A DNA stretch of 34,894 nt from positions 1 to 34,894 of the IMG/VR virus record IMGVR_UViG_3300036778_000028; one strand, written 5' to 3'. The notes under the pieces are model-generated. The model was not told the origin of the DNA, searched no databases, and was given only the letters and a program-made list of their open reading frames with translations. Source of the stretch: a virus. Its lineage: Duplodnaviria; Caudoviricetes. This document shows positions 9,379-18,441 of the stretch, piece by piece (the stretch's first letter is position 1; each line of letters begins with the position of its first letter). Position numbers and translations under genes: made by a program.

Positions 9379-10563
9379 TTAATAACCTATCGCAACATAA
9401 TAAAATTGCGCTTGCGTTTGAGATGTTCCGATACGAAAACCTGTTCGCGTAATATCATTTACACCTAAAGAAAATATTGACGTTGATGTAGACAACGCCG
9501 AAACATAGTGAACAGGGATCACCGCGATACAAGTCGTTGGAAATGGTGTCGGGAAAGTGATTAGCACATTTTGTGATAAACCAGTTGAATCACTACCTGC
9601 TTTCAATATTACACCTTGTGGAAAACCTACAGTTAAATATGGAAACCCATTACTTGTAGTTAGATTTTTCGTAAAAAATGACATATCTGGAATTTGGCCA
9701 ACACCAGTTCCCACATTCCTTTTTGCAACCTCTCCGAGTCCTACATTCCGGTAAAAAGCAGCAACATCAGCAATATCCGCACCATTGGCAGATTTATCCA
9801 TTTTCCCCGCTAGCGCATTGGTCATGGTGGTGGCGAAGTTCGGATCGTTCCCCAGTGCGGCAGCCAGTTCGTTTAGCGTGTCCAGCGCACCAGGGGAGGA
9901 ATTGACCAGCGCCGCAATGGCGGCCTGCACAAACGCCGTGTTGGCAAGCTGGGTGGTGTTATTGCCTGCCGCTGCCGTTGGTGCTTTTGGCGTTCCGGTT
10001 AACGTCGGGCTGGCTTTTGGGGCGTACTGCGTATGCGGATCAGCGGCAGCAATATGCTTTGCCATCTGGTCATCCACGTACAGCTTTAACTCCAGAACCT
10101 TATCATCTACATACTTGCGGGTTGCCAGCACCACCGCCGGGTCAATTTTCAGGGTGATGTTATCGGTGCTACTGGTGATCAGCACCATGCGCACCGTCTG
10201 TGTGCGCCCGCTGCCCTCAGCCAGCTGCGGCTTGTAACTCTCCGGGCAGTTGCCGACGGCAATCAGTGCGCCAGTGTCATCGAACAGGCCCACCTCACGA
10301 ATCCACCAACCGCCCTCTGTTTCAGGAATAACCTGTTCCGCAATAATCTGGCTGCTGTTCTGCGGGTCGATGTACAACATATTGAGATCGGCGCGGCGCT
10401 TTTCATTAATCAGTTTTGTCTGTTGGGCGTTAGGTGTCGGCAGCACACCGCCGCCATCGCCCACCGCCATCTGGGTAATTTTCAGCGGCACACCGAGCGC
10501 GGCGGCGCTTGCCAGTTTCGCCGCGCCGATCTCCGTCAGCAGGGTATAAAATTTTGCGCTCAT
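9379..10563 (-). CDS. H: Tail fibre protein H (short, 394 aa)
   Basis: Conserved N-terminus MSAKFYTLLTEIGAAKLA...CPESYKP; LDTLNELAAALGNDPNFATT motif; variable C-terminal tip (TFPTPFPTTC...YYVAIGY). Confidence 0.93.
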   Translation of the reverse strand: MSAKFYTLLTEIGAAKLASAAALGVPLKITQMAVGDGGGVLPTPNAQQTKLINEKRRADLNMLYIDPQNSSQIIAEQVIPETEGGWWIREVGLFDDTGALIAVGNCPESYKPQLAEGSGRTQTVRMVLITSSTDNITLKIDPAVVLATRKYVDDKVLELKLYVDDQMAKHIAAADPHTQYAPKASPTLTGTPKAPTAAAGNNTTQLANTAFVQAAIAALVNSSPGALDTLNELAAALGNDPNFATTMTNALAGKMDKSANGADIADVAAFYRNVGLGEVAKRNVGTGVGQIPDMSFFTKNLTTSNGFPYLTVGFPQGVILKAGSDSTGLSQNVLITFPTPFPTTCIAVIPVHYVSALSTSTSIFSLGVNDITRTGFRIGTSQTQAQFYYVAIGY

Positions 10564-11165
10564 GGATTCACTCTCATTGTGTCAATAACATGGACTGCGC
10601 CGCCCTCATACAGAGCGCCACCGGAAACAATGGTTTCGTTGATATACGGATAAATAGTGATTTCTTCCCCGATGTAGGTGCCAGCACCCACCCAAAACGG
10701 GCCAGTGGTCTGCAGGTTGATGGACATGCCGATCAGGTGGCGGCTGCATGGCTTCGCATCGCTGATCAGGCGCTCCAGCTCCAGATAGGTTTCCTCTGTG
10801 ATGCCCTGATCCTGCACGCCAATATCCAGCCGGAACGTGCCGGGGGCCTCATTGGTCTGCCACCATTCCAGAATGCGGATCAGGAAACCGAACGGCTCAA
10901 CCACGCGCCGCACGGCGCTGGTTGTTCCCTTGCGCTGATGGACATAAAACGCATCCTGGACCACCCGACGCTTAACGCTCTCCGCCCAGCTTTCGTCCCA
11001 GCGGTCCACGGAAAACGCCCAGGCCAGATACGGCAAAAAGCTGACCGGGCACGTCGCCGGGTTCCACAGGTCACGCAGCGACACCTGCAGATCGGAAATA
11101 CCGCTACAGCTCTGTGCCAGGCGGCGCTCAAGCACTGACGAACCCGACGGTAACAGGCTATTCAT
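10560..11165 (-). CDS. I: Tail/baseplate protein I
   Basis: LWNPATCP..FLPYLAWAFSVDRWD...KGT motif. Confidence 0.95.
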   Translation of the reverse strand: MNSLLPSGSSVLERRLAQSCSGISDLQVSLRDLWNPATCPVSFLPYLAWAFSVDRWDESWAESVKRRVVQDAFYVHQRKGTTSAVRRVVEPFGFLIRILEWWQTNEAPGTFRLDIGVQDQGITEETYLELERLISDAKPCSRHLIGMSINLQTTGPFWVGAGTYIGEEITIYPYINETIVSGGALYEGGAVHVIDTMRVNP

Positions 11166-12066
11166 CTGTGCCGCCGTTGGTCACACTCCACACCATGCAG
11201 GAGGCCGCCTGGGTTTTATCCAGCACCACATCATCCTGCGGGGAGGCCAGCTCAACGCGCTGCACGCCTTCAACATGCAGGGCGGCATAAATAGCGCTCA
11301 GGCGAATGTCCCGCCCTAGCCGCGTCTGGCTGGCGATGTATTTCTGCAGGCTGGCTTTGGCCTCTGCCATTACCGGCTCGGCCTCCGGCCCCGGATAAAT
11401 AAAGATCGTGGCATCCACGCTGTACGGGATGATTTCAGCACTGCGCACCGTCAGACGGTCAGCCACCGGGCGCACGCTCTCACTGTTGAGCGCCTTATCA
11501 ACCACCGCCAGCAGATCAGCGCCTGCCGTGCCGTCACCCTCACGGCTCAGGACGGTAAGCACCACCTCCGCCGGGGCCGGACTGGTTGCGCTGGCATCTG
11601 CGACGCGCCCGTCGGCGCTTTTAGCGTGAAACTCATAGGCCGCTGTCGGCCCGGCCACAGACAACCCTTCAAAGGCTTCCGGGATACGAGGACGCAGTTC
11701 TTCGTCAGACTCGTACACCGCCGGGACAGGTGGCACGGCGCTATCATCAGCAGGCGTCACAATCAGGCGCTTCACGTTGCAGTTGGCAGCGAGCTGCTCC
11801 AGATCGTTACCGTTTGAGTAGGCCACCATCACCGCCAGCGCGGCTTCATTGATGCGCTGACGCAGAAGGACCTCACGATAGGTGCTTTCCTGCAGCTGTT
11901 TGGTAATCGGCTCCGACTCCAGCGTCAGCGTGCGCCGCACAGCGTCCTGCTGGTCCGCCGGGTAAAGCGACACAAAAGACGCCTTGCGCTCAGCCAACAG
12001 GGTTTCAAAGTCCGGCACATCCACAATCTGCGGCGGCGGGAGCTGGGAAAGGTCAATTGCTGCCAC
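11158..12066 (-). CDS. J: Baseplate wedge protein J
   Basis: IDLSQLPPP...SVAGPTAAYEFHA; start moved to GTG 12066 with GGAG upstream. Confidence 0.93.
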   Translation of the reverse strand: MAAIDLSQLPPPQIVDVPDFETLLAERKASFVSLYPADQQDAVRRTLTLESEPITKQLQESTYREVLLRQRINEAALAVMVAYSNGNDLEQLAANCNVKRLIVTPADDSAVPPVPAVYESDEELRPRIPEAFEGLSVAGPTAAYEFHAKSADGRVADASATSPAPAEVVLTVLSREGDGTAGADLLAVVDKALNSESVRPVADRLTVRSAEIIPYSVDATIFIYPGPEAEPVMAEAKASLQKYIASQTRLGRDIRLSAIYAALHVEGVQRVELASPQDDVVLDKTQAASCMVWSVTNGGTDE

Positions 12067-12412
12067 TTTGTGCTCCTGTTGCAACGGAAAGAGAAACAGG
12101 CGTGCCATCAGTTCGCCGCCCGGTCAGGTCAACGATCATTGAGCCGTCAAAGTCGCTATTGATTGTGATGGCGTCGAGGGTAAGCCGCGGCTCCCAGCGC
12201 ATCAGCGCCACATACACGGCGCTCATCATCTGCAGGCGCAGCGCGGGGTTTTGTGGCTGGTCAATCAGGGCGGACAGCAGCGAACCATATTCCCGGCGGG
12301 CAATGCGGCTACCCTGCGGCGTGATCAGAATGTCCTTCACAGACTGGTTGAGGTGCTCAGTGTCAGTAATCGCCTTGCCCGTGGCGCTGTTCATGCCGTA
12401 ATACATCGTCAT
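12053..12412 (-). CDS. W: Baseplate protein W (gp25-like)
   Basis: HLNQSVKDILITPQGSRIARREYGS...WEPR. Confidence 0.95.
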   Translation of the reverse strand: MTMYYGMNSATGKAITDTEHLNQSVKDILITPQGSRIARREYGSLLSALIDQPQNPALRLQMMSAVYVALMRWEPRLTLDAITINSDFDGSMIVDLTGRRTDGTPVSLSVATGAQSGSN

Positions 12413-12987
12413 ACCGGGCCTCCTGATGTATCGCCGCCGGACTTCACTTTGTTGTGCGCGTGGTTATCCACCACTATCCCGTTGGAACTCATCGGGCCGC
12501 CGCCCTGGGTCGCGCCACCGTTGATCACCACCTCACTGTTGATGCGGGTGGTGTCTGCTTCCACGACAAATTCCCCGGTTTTAAAGGTGATGTTATCCGC
12601 CGCCTCGATCACCATGGATTTAATGCCCCGCACATACCAGCGCCCGGTTTCGGGTTCGTACTCAAACCAGCCGCCGTCCGGGTACTCGGTCACGCTACCG
12701 TCCTCAGAGTCAGACGGGGGCGGAAACTGATTTGAGTAGACAGCAGGCAAAGCAAATGCGGTTTCCAGATTGCCGCCCAGGCTGAACAGCACAACCTGCT
12801 CCCCCACGGACGGTTTCCACCAGGTGCGCGAGTTACCCGCTCGCAGCGTTAGCCAGTTAATCCAGTTGGTTTCAAGGTCGCCCGTTTTCACCCGGCACAG
12901 CCAGTTGTCCCGGTCCACTTCCGTTACAGTTCCGGTGCGGATCAGATTGGTGATAAGGCGCATGATTTCTGTGAGTTGTGCGTTCAT
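12409..12987 (-). CDS. V: Baseplate spike protein V
   Basis: NLIRTGTV...WWKPSVGEQV; C-terminal HxH (HAH) metal-binding tip motif. Confidence 0.95.
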   Translation of the reverse strand: MNAQLTEIMRLITNLIRTGTVTEVDRDNWLCRVKTGDLETNWINWLTLRAGNSRTWWKPSVGEQVVLFSLGGNLETAFALPAVYSNQFPPPSDSEDGSVTEYPDGGWFEYEPETGRWYVRGIKSMVIEAADNITFKTGEFVVEADTTRINSEVVINGGATQGGGPMSSNGIVVDNHAHNKVKSGGDTSGGPV

Positions 12988-13033
12988 GGGGAAATGATGA
13001 CAGCTGCAAGCTTGATTTTAACTTCTTGCAAAT

Positions 13034-13051
13034 TGTGGTATCGATGGTACA
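13034..13051 (-). promoter_or_regulatory. Ogr-binding site of the late promoter pV (TGT-N12-ACA)
   Basis: TGT-GGTATCGATGGT-ACA about 50-65 bp upstream of V. Confidence 0.78.
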
Positions 13052-13090
13052 AATTGATTAAAGGATAAAAAACAACCAACAGGAGGATGA

Positions 13091-13885
13091 ATGAGTGCTA
13101 TAAATCCAATAAGCTCCAATATATTTAATGCTGAATTTTTGAACTCCCCGGCAGCCTCACTTGCAGCATGGTTTTCCATATTTGGAGCGGCGATCACTTT
13201 AGTGACAATTGTTATAAGAGCACTATTCAAATATAGAAAATCTCATGACGTGATTTTAAAAAAATCTGGCATACCTGCATTTGTGCTAAATTTTTTTCTT
13301 ATACGAATATCATTAAAAAGGCTACCCACTATCACATGGGCTGAAAAAGCGGTCACTATTCTCTTTTCTCTTATTTTTTTGTATTCGATTTATCTTTTTG
13401 GACCAGCACTCATCCAAACCATTAAAACCCCTCCGAATAATACGCTACTTTATTGGAAGAACTCCGGGGAGTCATTCTACATATCAAATAAAATGGCAAT
13501 AGCCGCTACAATTTTATCCACTCCTAACTGGAAAATCTCAAAGGATGATTGCGTGCAGCCATCCTCTGCTAACGCAGAGAAGTACAAGTCATTAACTATT
13601 GAACATAAAGAAGATCTTTGCAAATTACTGACCACGGATGAAGGAAAGACTTACATTGATAAATCGGTCAAGAAATTTATTAAAGATAAACTCTTCATTT
13701 ATTCCCTTACCCCAATGACCATGTTTATTTTATTATGGCTCTCCTTGGGATTTATGCTAACAATTCATTACTCTAAAAAAGCCAGAAAATACATTCTGAC
13801 GGAACAAAAAAACGCAATTCATTGGGCAAACGGTGAATTCAAGGCAGAAGGTATCTATGCAATATATCAAGAGTTAGATCGATAG
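13091..13885 (+). CDS. Hypothetical inner-membrane protein (moron between S and V)
   Basis: 264 aa AT-rich ORF; AGGAGG RBS; about three hydrophobic segments; antisense to late genes. Confidence 0.8.
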   Translation: MSAINPISSNIFNAEFLNSPAASLAAWFSIFGAAITLVTIVIRALFKYRKSHDVILKKSGIPAFVLNFFLIRISLKRLPTITWAEKAVTILFSLIFLYSIYLFGPALIQTIKTPPNNTLLYWKNSGESFYISNKMAIAATILSTPNWKISKDDCVQPSSANAEKYKSLTIEHKEDLCKLLTTDEGKTYIDKSVKKFIKDKLFIYSLTPMTMFILLWLSLGFMLTIHYSKKARKYILTEQKNAIHWANGEFKAEGIYAIYQELDR

Positions 13886-14285
13886 ACTCTTTGTTAACAC
13901 CCAGCAGGCGGCGCTCAGCATAGCGCACCTCCGGGCCTTTCCGGCTGATGCGATCCCGCAGGCCGTAGTGATGCACCCGGGCAATCCGCTGCACCTGCCC
14001 GGCAAACTCAACACTGGCAGAGTCGGCACTGGCGGCGGTCTTCAGGTATTTCGTGGTGCGGAGTTTGGTGAACATCTGCCGCTTAATCCGGCCCTTCTTT
14101 GTACGGGGTGTTACCCGGCGTGGCTCGTAGCCCATGCCATCAGGATTGCGCTGCAGGCGAATGTTGTTCTGCTGATTCCGGCGCAGCTGCTGCGCCAGTT
14201 CCCGCATCATGCGCTTGCGTGCCGCTGGCTCCAGATTTGCCAGCAGCGCTGTCAGCCAGGCGTCTACTTTCTGCAACTCATCCAC
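13839..14285 (-). CDS. S: Virion morphogenesis / tail completion protein S
   Basis: QRNPDG..YEPR...MFTKLR...IARVHHYGLRD...RRLLG. Confidence 0.93.
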   Translation of the reverse strand: MDELQKVDAWLTALLANLEPAARKRMMRELAQQLRRNQQNNIRLQRNPDGMGYEPRRVTPRTKKGRIKRQMFTKLRTTKYLKTAASADSASVEFAGQVQRIARVHHYGLRDRISRKGPEVRYAERRLLGVNKESIDLTLDILHRYLLP

Positions 14286-14709
14286 GGCTCACCGTCCACA
14301 TTTCTTCCGGCACATCTGGCTCCGGCTCTGCCTTAACGGTAGAGGTGCCGCCCTCAGCGCTCACGAGAATGCGTTCCGTCAGCTGCAGGTCCAGACTGAT
14401 GTCGCAAATGTCATTGCGCAGAATATCCACCTCAAAAGAAAACAGCTTTTCGCGCAGCTCCTGATTATTGATGGCATCCGGCTGATTCTCCATCAGCCAC
14501 AGCAGCACCGGGGCCATCAGCAGATTTTGATCGCCGCTGAAGTCTTCAATCACCACATTCAGGGTGTAACGGTACTCCCACGACATGGAGCTGGCCCCGG
14601 TTGCCACCAGTGAGCCTCTATCTACAAACAGATGCAGTTTGTCCGGGTTCTCCCGGACGTAAGCCACCGCCTTATTTAGCGCTGCGCGCAGGGATTGCGG
14701 CTTGTTCAC
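14278..14709 (-). CDS. R: Tail completion protein R
   Basis: (M)NKPQSLRAAL...SMSWEYRYTLN...LQLTER; start at GTG 14709. Confidence 0.9.
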   Translation of the reverse strand: MNKPQSLRAALNKAVAYVRENPDKLHLFVDRGSLVATGASSMSWEYRYTLNVVIEDFSGDQNLLMAPVLLWLMENQPDAINNQELREKLFSFEVDILRNDICDISLDLQLTERILVSAEGGTSTVKAEPEPDVPEEMWTVSRG

Positions 14710-14962
14710 TGTCTCGCTCCTGACAGGACACAATGGTGTCCACTTTGTCTGCACAAACCGCCCAGGCGGCCTCCGTTTCATCCAGCAGGGTCAGCAGATC
14801 GCCGTTACTGCGCGGCGCTGACCTTTCCAGGTGGCACTGCGTCACCTTTGGACAGCCACTCACGGTAAGCTGCACCTCCGGTGATGGCGGGTCTTTCGCG
14901 CAGCCTGACAACATCAGGAGGCAAAAGAGTGTCAGCCCAGCGGCGCAAATCTTCGTTTTCAC
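14672..14962 (-). CDS. lysC: Outer-membrane spanin lipoprotein (LysC/Rz1-like)
   Basis: Signal peptide with lipobox LSGC; GCP..T.C...NGDL...EAAWA.CA; overlaps the 3' half of lysB. Confidence 0.88.
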   Translation of the reverse strand: MKTKICAAGLTLFCLLMLSGCAKDPPSPEVQLTVSGCPKVTQCHLERSAPRSNGDLLTLLDETEAAWAVCADKVDTIVSCQERDSEQAAIPARSAK

Positions 14963-15233
14963 GTTTTAGCTCCTCAATCCGGTTCTGGCGCTGATGCAGC
15001 AATGCGCGCGTATCTTCTGCCGTTGCATAGAGCCGCATCTGCTCCCGGCTGTTGGTTTCGGTCAGAATGGACAGGCCAATCAGCTGGCTGTTTTTCTTTG
15101 TCAGCTCCTGGGTTTTGCTGTCCAACTCCCAGCCCTGCGTCTCGATAGTGTGGCGGGTGTTATTAAGCCGCCACGACTGCCAGCCCAGCGCTATCAGTAC
15201 CAGCGCCAGCAGCACAGCCAGGGCGCGCATCAT
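14805..15233 (-). CDS. lysB: Inner-membrane spanin (LysB)
   Basis: N-terminal TM, coiled coil, LKRENEDLRRWADT.LP.DVVRL motif; ATG at 15233. Confidence 0.9.
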   Translation of the reverse strand: MMRALAVLLALVLIALGWQSWRLNNTRHTIETQGWELDSKTQELTKKNSQLIGLSILTETNSREQMRLYATAEDTRALLHQRQNRIEELKRENEDLRRWADTLLPPDVVRLRERPAITGGAAYREWLSKGDAVPPGKVSAAQ

Positions 15234-15745
15234 GTGCCCGCTCCTTTCAGACACCAGACCATTTCCCGCGCGCGGCGGTTGTCCAGCCCCTGATTAAACA
15301 CACCTTTGACATACACCCAGCGCGGCAGCTGGCGGCACGCGTCAGCCCAGCGCTGTTGATTGAGCAACTTAACCAGCGTGGAGCTGCAGGCATTGCCCGT
15401 GCCGACGTTGAACGCGAACGACACCACCGCGTCATAGACCTTTTGCGGCATGGTCTGCAGCACACATTTTTCCAGGGCCCTTTCCACTTTCAGCACGTTA
15501 GTGATAAGTCCCTGTGCCGCCTGTCGTTCGGTGATACCCCGGCCCGGCACTACGCCGGAGGTGTTACCGATGCCATCGGTCCATACACCCGCGCTGCACT
15601 GGTACGGCTGCAGGCGGCAGCCCTCGTAATCCGCGATAAGTTTCAAACCATCCAGTGACGTATGGAGCGACTGAAAGCCCGGTAGCGTGGCGGCGATGGC
15701 CAGCACCGCGCCGACCAGGCAGCGCTTAACGATTGATGGATTCAT
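15230..15745 (-). CDS. SAR endolysin, T4-lysozyme-like (GH24), P1 Lyz type
   Basis: Weakly hydrophobic N-terminal anchor; E-x8-C-x5-T triad (E41, C50, T56); SFAFNVG and GLDNRR motifs; ATG at 15745. Confidence 0.9.
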   Translation of the reverse strand: MNPSIVKRCLVGAVLAIAATLPGFQSLHTSLDGLKLIADYEGCRLQPYQCSAGVWTDGIGNTSGVVPGRGITERQAAQGLITNVLKVERALEKCVLQTMPQKVYDAVVSFAFNVGTGNACSSTLVKLLNQQRWADACRQLPRWVYVKGVFNQGLDNRRAREMVWCLKGAGT

Positions 15746-15941
15746 ACGCCTCCCGTGAAAGCTTCCCGTCACGCAGCAGCTGGAAAGTTTTGTGTTTGTA
15801 GTACCAGTTGATCAGCAGCATCAGCACGCCAATCAACACGCCGCCCACCGTGGAGGCATCCTTGAGAGACATGTCCCCCATCCATGCCAGCACAACGGCG
15901 ATGCAGTAAGTGATAAAGGCGCTGACTCGTTCAAGCGTCAT
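15726..15941 (-). CDS. Small holin (probable pinholin-type)
   Basis: 71 aa, two hydrophobic segments, INWYYK then a charged tail; directly upstream of the endolysin. Confidence 0.8.
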   Translation of the reverse strand: MTLERVSAFITYCIAVVLAWMGDMSLKDASTVGGVLIGVLMLLINWYYKHKTFQLLRDGKLSREAYESINR

Positions 15942-15944
15942 GAT

Positions 15945-16148
15945 TCAGTCCCATAGCTGAACGGTCTGCACGGTGGGCGTTTCCGTTATATCCGGCAGCT
16001 CCACCTGCAGCCCGTGAGGTAAAAAGGGGCCGTATTCAACCAGCCCCGGATTTGCCCGCAATACCTGCTCAGTGACACCCTGCGTGCGCCCATAGTGACG
16101 CCAGCACAGCGCGTCCACGGTGTCATACTGATACGCACGCACTTTCAT
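15945..16148 (-). CDS. X: Tail protein X (LysM-like)
   Basis: DTVDALCWRHYGRTQGVTEQVL.ANPGL...VQLWD. Confidence 0.95.
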   Translation of the reverse strand: MKVRAYQYDTVDALCWRHYGRTQGVTEQVLRANPGLVEYGPFLPHGLQVELPDITETPTVQTVQLWD

Positions 16149-16612
16149 CAGATAAGCTCCACCGTGCAGTGCGGCGCATCCTGCACCCGGCTGATAGCCC
16201 AGCGGGCATCACGCCATAGATCGGCGCTGGCCTCCGCCAGCTCATCACCGCGCTTTACCGCTGACGCCGTGGCGTCATAGTCCTGATAACGTTCATTGAG
16301 CACCGCCCGCGCCCAGCAATACACCGCATTGCTGTAGTGGTGCAGGCGCTCGCTTTTACCGTCCAGTTCTTCTGCGGGCACGTCAGCCAGCATCCGGTAG
16401 CCCAGCGCTTGCTGACGCTGGCGGAAGGTGTATAGCTCCGCGTTGACCTCTGACATTGCCGTGAGCGCCAGCTGTTTCAGCCGGGCAGGTGTCACCGTGC
16501 CGTCAGCGCGCATAACGTTGCGAAATTCGCACAGGTCCACATCAGGCCAGAACGGCGTATTTTTGATGACCTCCGTCTGCTCCGGGGCCTGTTCAGGCGC
16601 AACAAACTGCAT
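16148..16612 (-). CDS. L: Head completion/stabilisation protein L
   Basis: MQFVAPEQ...NTPFWPD...LWRDARWAISR...VELI; ATG at 16612 with AGGAG RBS. Confidence 0.92.
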   Translation of the reverse strand: MQFVAPEQAPEQTEVIKNTPFWPDVDLCEFRNVMRADGTVTPARLKQLALTAMSEVNAELYTFRQRQQALGYRMLADVPAEELDGKSERLHHYSNAVYCWARAVLNERYQDYDATASAVKRGDELAEASADLWRDARWAISRVQDAPHCTVELI

Positions 16613-16706
16613 ACGGCTTTCTCCTGAAAAAGTGGGCGGTGGACGGGATTTTGATAAGGCAATGCCTGCCGCCATCCCGTGCCGCCCGTGCGCGGGGCAC
16701 GTTCCG

Positions 16707-17357
16707 TTACTGGCTCTCATTGCGCAGTCTGCGCTCAAGCCGTTCTTTGTCTTTTTTCACGCCGCAGCGCGGGTCCAGCTGCAATGCGTGAGTGATGTGA
16801 TTCAGGGCGGAGGCTGGGCTGGATTCACAGAGCAACAGACCAAGGGCTTTATGCAGACGAGCGCGAGATTGATCGGGCATATCGGTGCCGTCCGTCAACT
16901 CCAGCGCCTGCAGCAATAACTCCGGCTCAAAAGGTTGCACGGCAGTAATGGCGGCCTGCGCCGCGTCTGCCAGTTCTTCAACTAGCACGGTCTGCGTGTT
17001 GCGGTTGCCAAGCGGCATCACCCATCCCCGACGCAGCGCGTGCGCTGCGATTTGCAGCGCCCCGGCATAATCACCGGCATCAATGCGCCAGAGCATCACG
17101 TACATCACCACGTCATCCTGCTGCGTGGCATCCGCCGCCAGCACGCCCTCCACCCAGGCGGCATATTTCGGCAGTAGCTCCACCTTGATTTGCGCCTTTT
17201 TCAGCGTGGACTGAACGCCTTTCAGGCGGCGTTTATCCTCCGCCAGCTGCAGCAGCATCTGGTCATAACCCGACGCATGGCGAACATTGCCGCCCAGACG
17301 GGCGGCCTGTTCAGCCTGGACGCGCAAGCGGTGTTGCCGTGCGGGACTCAGGCTCAT
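16707..17357 (-). CDS. M: Terminase small subunit M
   Basis: MSLSPARQH...WRIDAGDY...DMPDQSRARLHKA...GVKKD. Confidence 0.95.
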   Translation of the reverse strand: MSLSPARQHRLRVQAEQAARLGGNVRHASGYDQMLLQLAEDKRRLKGVQSTLKKAQIKVELLPKYAAWVEGVLAADATQQDDVVMYVMLWRIDAGDYAGALQIAAHALRRGWVMPLGNRNTQTVLVEELADAAQAAITAVQPFEPELLLQALELTDGTDMPDQSRARLHKALGLLLCESSPASALNHITHALQLDPRCGVKKDKERLERRLRNESQ

Positions 17358-17360
17358 GCG

Positions 17361-18425
17361 TTACTCTCCACCTTCCGGTGCCGCGGGCGCGCTGAAATCA
17401 CCGATCTCGATGTTTTCCACCAGAGCCACGCAGCGGTAGTCTTCCACCACATACGCCTCATTGACGGATTCAAAGTTTTCGATACGGTCACGCTTCGGAT
17501 TGTCGATAACGGCACGGCGGCGGGTGTCTTCCTGCCAGTAGATGGAGAGGTTATCCAGACGGGTGATCATCAGAGCATTTGACGGGAAGAACGGCGCACG
17601 CACCGCCTGCAGGCCACCCATGCGTTTCTGGCTGATGATGAGATCAGCGGAGATTTTCTCGCTGTTATCCTGCTCTTTGTTGACCAGTGGGAAATACTTG
17701 TCTGCCAGCAACTCACGACCACAGACCACCACCAGACCGTCATCGTCCTGGAAAATCGGGTCGATCAACTCGTTGACGGCATCCATAACCAGCGCGTCCA
17801 GATTCAGGTACTGACCACCTGAACCGACCTTCACCGGGGCTGCGGTGGTTGTGCCGTCTTCTGCCGTAGTGCTGCCCATCACGCAGTCCGGCGCATCTTC
17901 ACGCACCTTCTGCAGCCAGCCTTTGTTCACGTCCTGCAGCATTGGGTTGTCGGTGCGGTTAGAGGTTTTGGCGCGCTTGACGCCATTGAAGCCAATCATG
18001 ATGCGGTCCAGCGCCTGACGCTGAATGATGGCGTTGCGGATACGCAACTGGAAGTCCTGGAATTTGGCCCACAGGTCAAGCTTCGCGTAGGTCAGCACCG
18101 TGTCGAAGTTGGTCTGCTCGCATTTGTATTCCACGTCCGTCATCAGCGTTGGGTCAACGGCTTCACGCTCTTTGGCGGTGGTGTCGGTGGTTCCGGCAAT
18201 GGTGCTGCCCACACCCAGCCCCAGCAGCTGACCGGACTGCTCAGACACACCCATGACGTTAATCAGGGTAAGGAACGCAGCGGACTGCTGGATTTGGTCT
18301 TCCAGGGTCTGCTGTACGGTCGGCTCTACCGTGAATTTGCTGGAGAGTTCTTCCACCGGAACATTGTTCAGGCGGGCCAACTGCATCAGGTAGGCGTTAA
18401 AAGCAAATTTGGTTTTCTGTTTCAT
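17361..18425 (-). CDS. N: Major capsid protein N
   Basis: FTVEPTVQQTLE...LDLWAKF...LDRIMIGFNG...LQDVNKGWLQK. Confidence 0.97.
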   Translation of the reverse strand: MKQKTKFAFNAYLMQLARLNNVPVEELSSKFTVEPTVQQTLEDQIQQSAAFLTLINVMGVSEQSGQLLGLGVGSTIAGTTDTTAKEREAVDPTLMTDVEYKCEQTNFDTVLTYAKLDLWAKFQDFQLRIRNAIIQRQALDRIMIGFNGVKRAKTSNRTDNPMLQDVNKGWLQKVREDAPDCVMGSTTAEDGTTTAAPVKVGSGGQYLNLDALVMDAVNELIDPIFQDDDGLVVVCGRELLADKYFPLVNKEQDNSEKISADLIISQKRMGGLQAVRAPFFPSNALMITRLDNLSIYWQEDTRRRAVIDNPKRDRIENFESVNEAYVVEDYRCVALVENIEIGDFSAPAAPEGGE

Positions 18426-18441
18426 CGGGTCTTGTGCTCCA

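Noticed and set aside
8946-10563. Invertible fibre cassette or diversity-generating retroelement
   Set aside because: No invertase, reverse transcriptase, inverted fibre copy or template repeat seen
13018-13230. 70-aa minus-strand ORF upstream of V
   Set aside because: Antisense to the moron and overlaps the pV activator site; probably spurious
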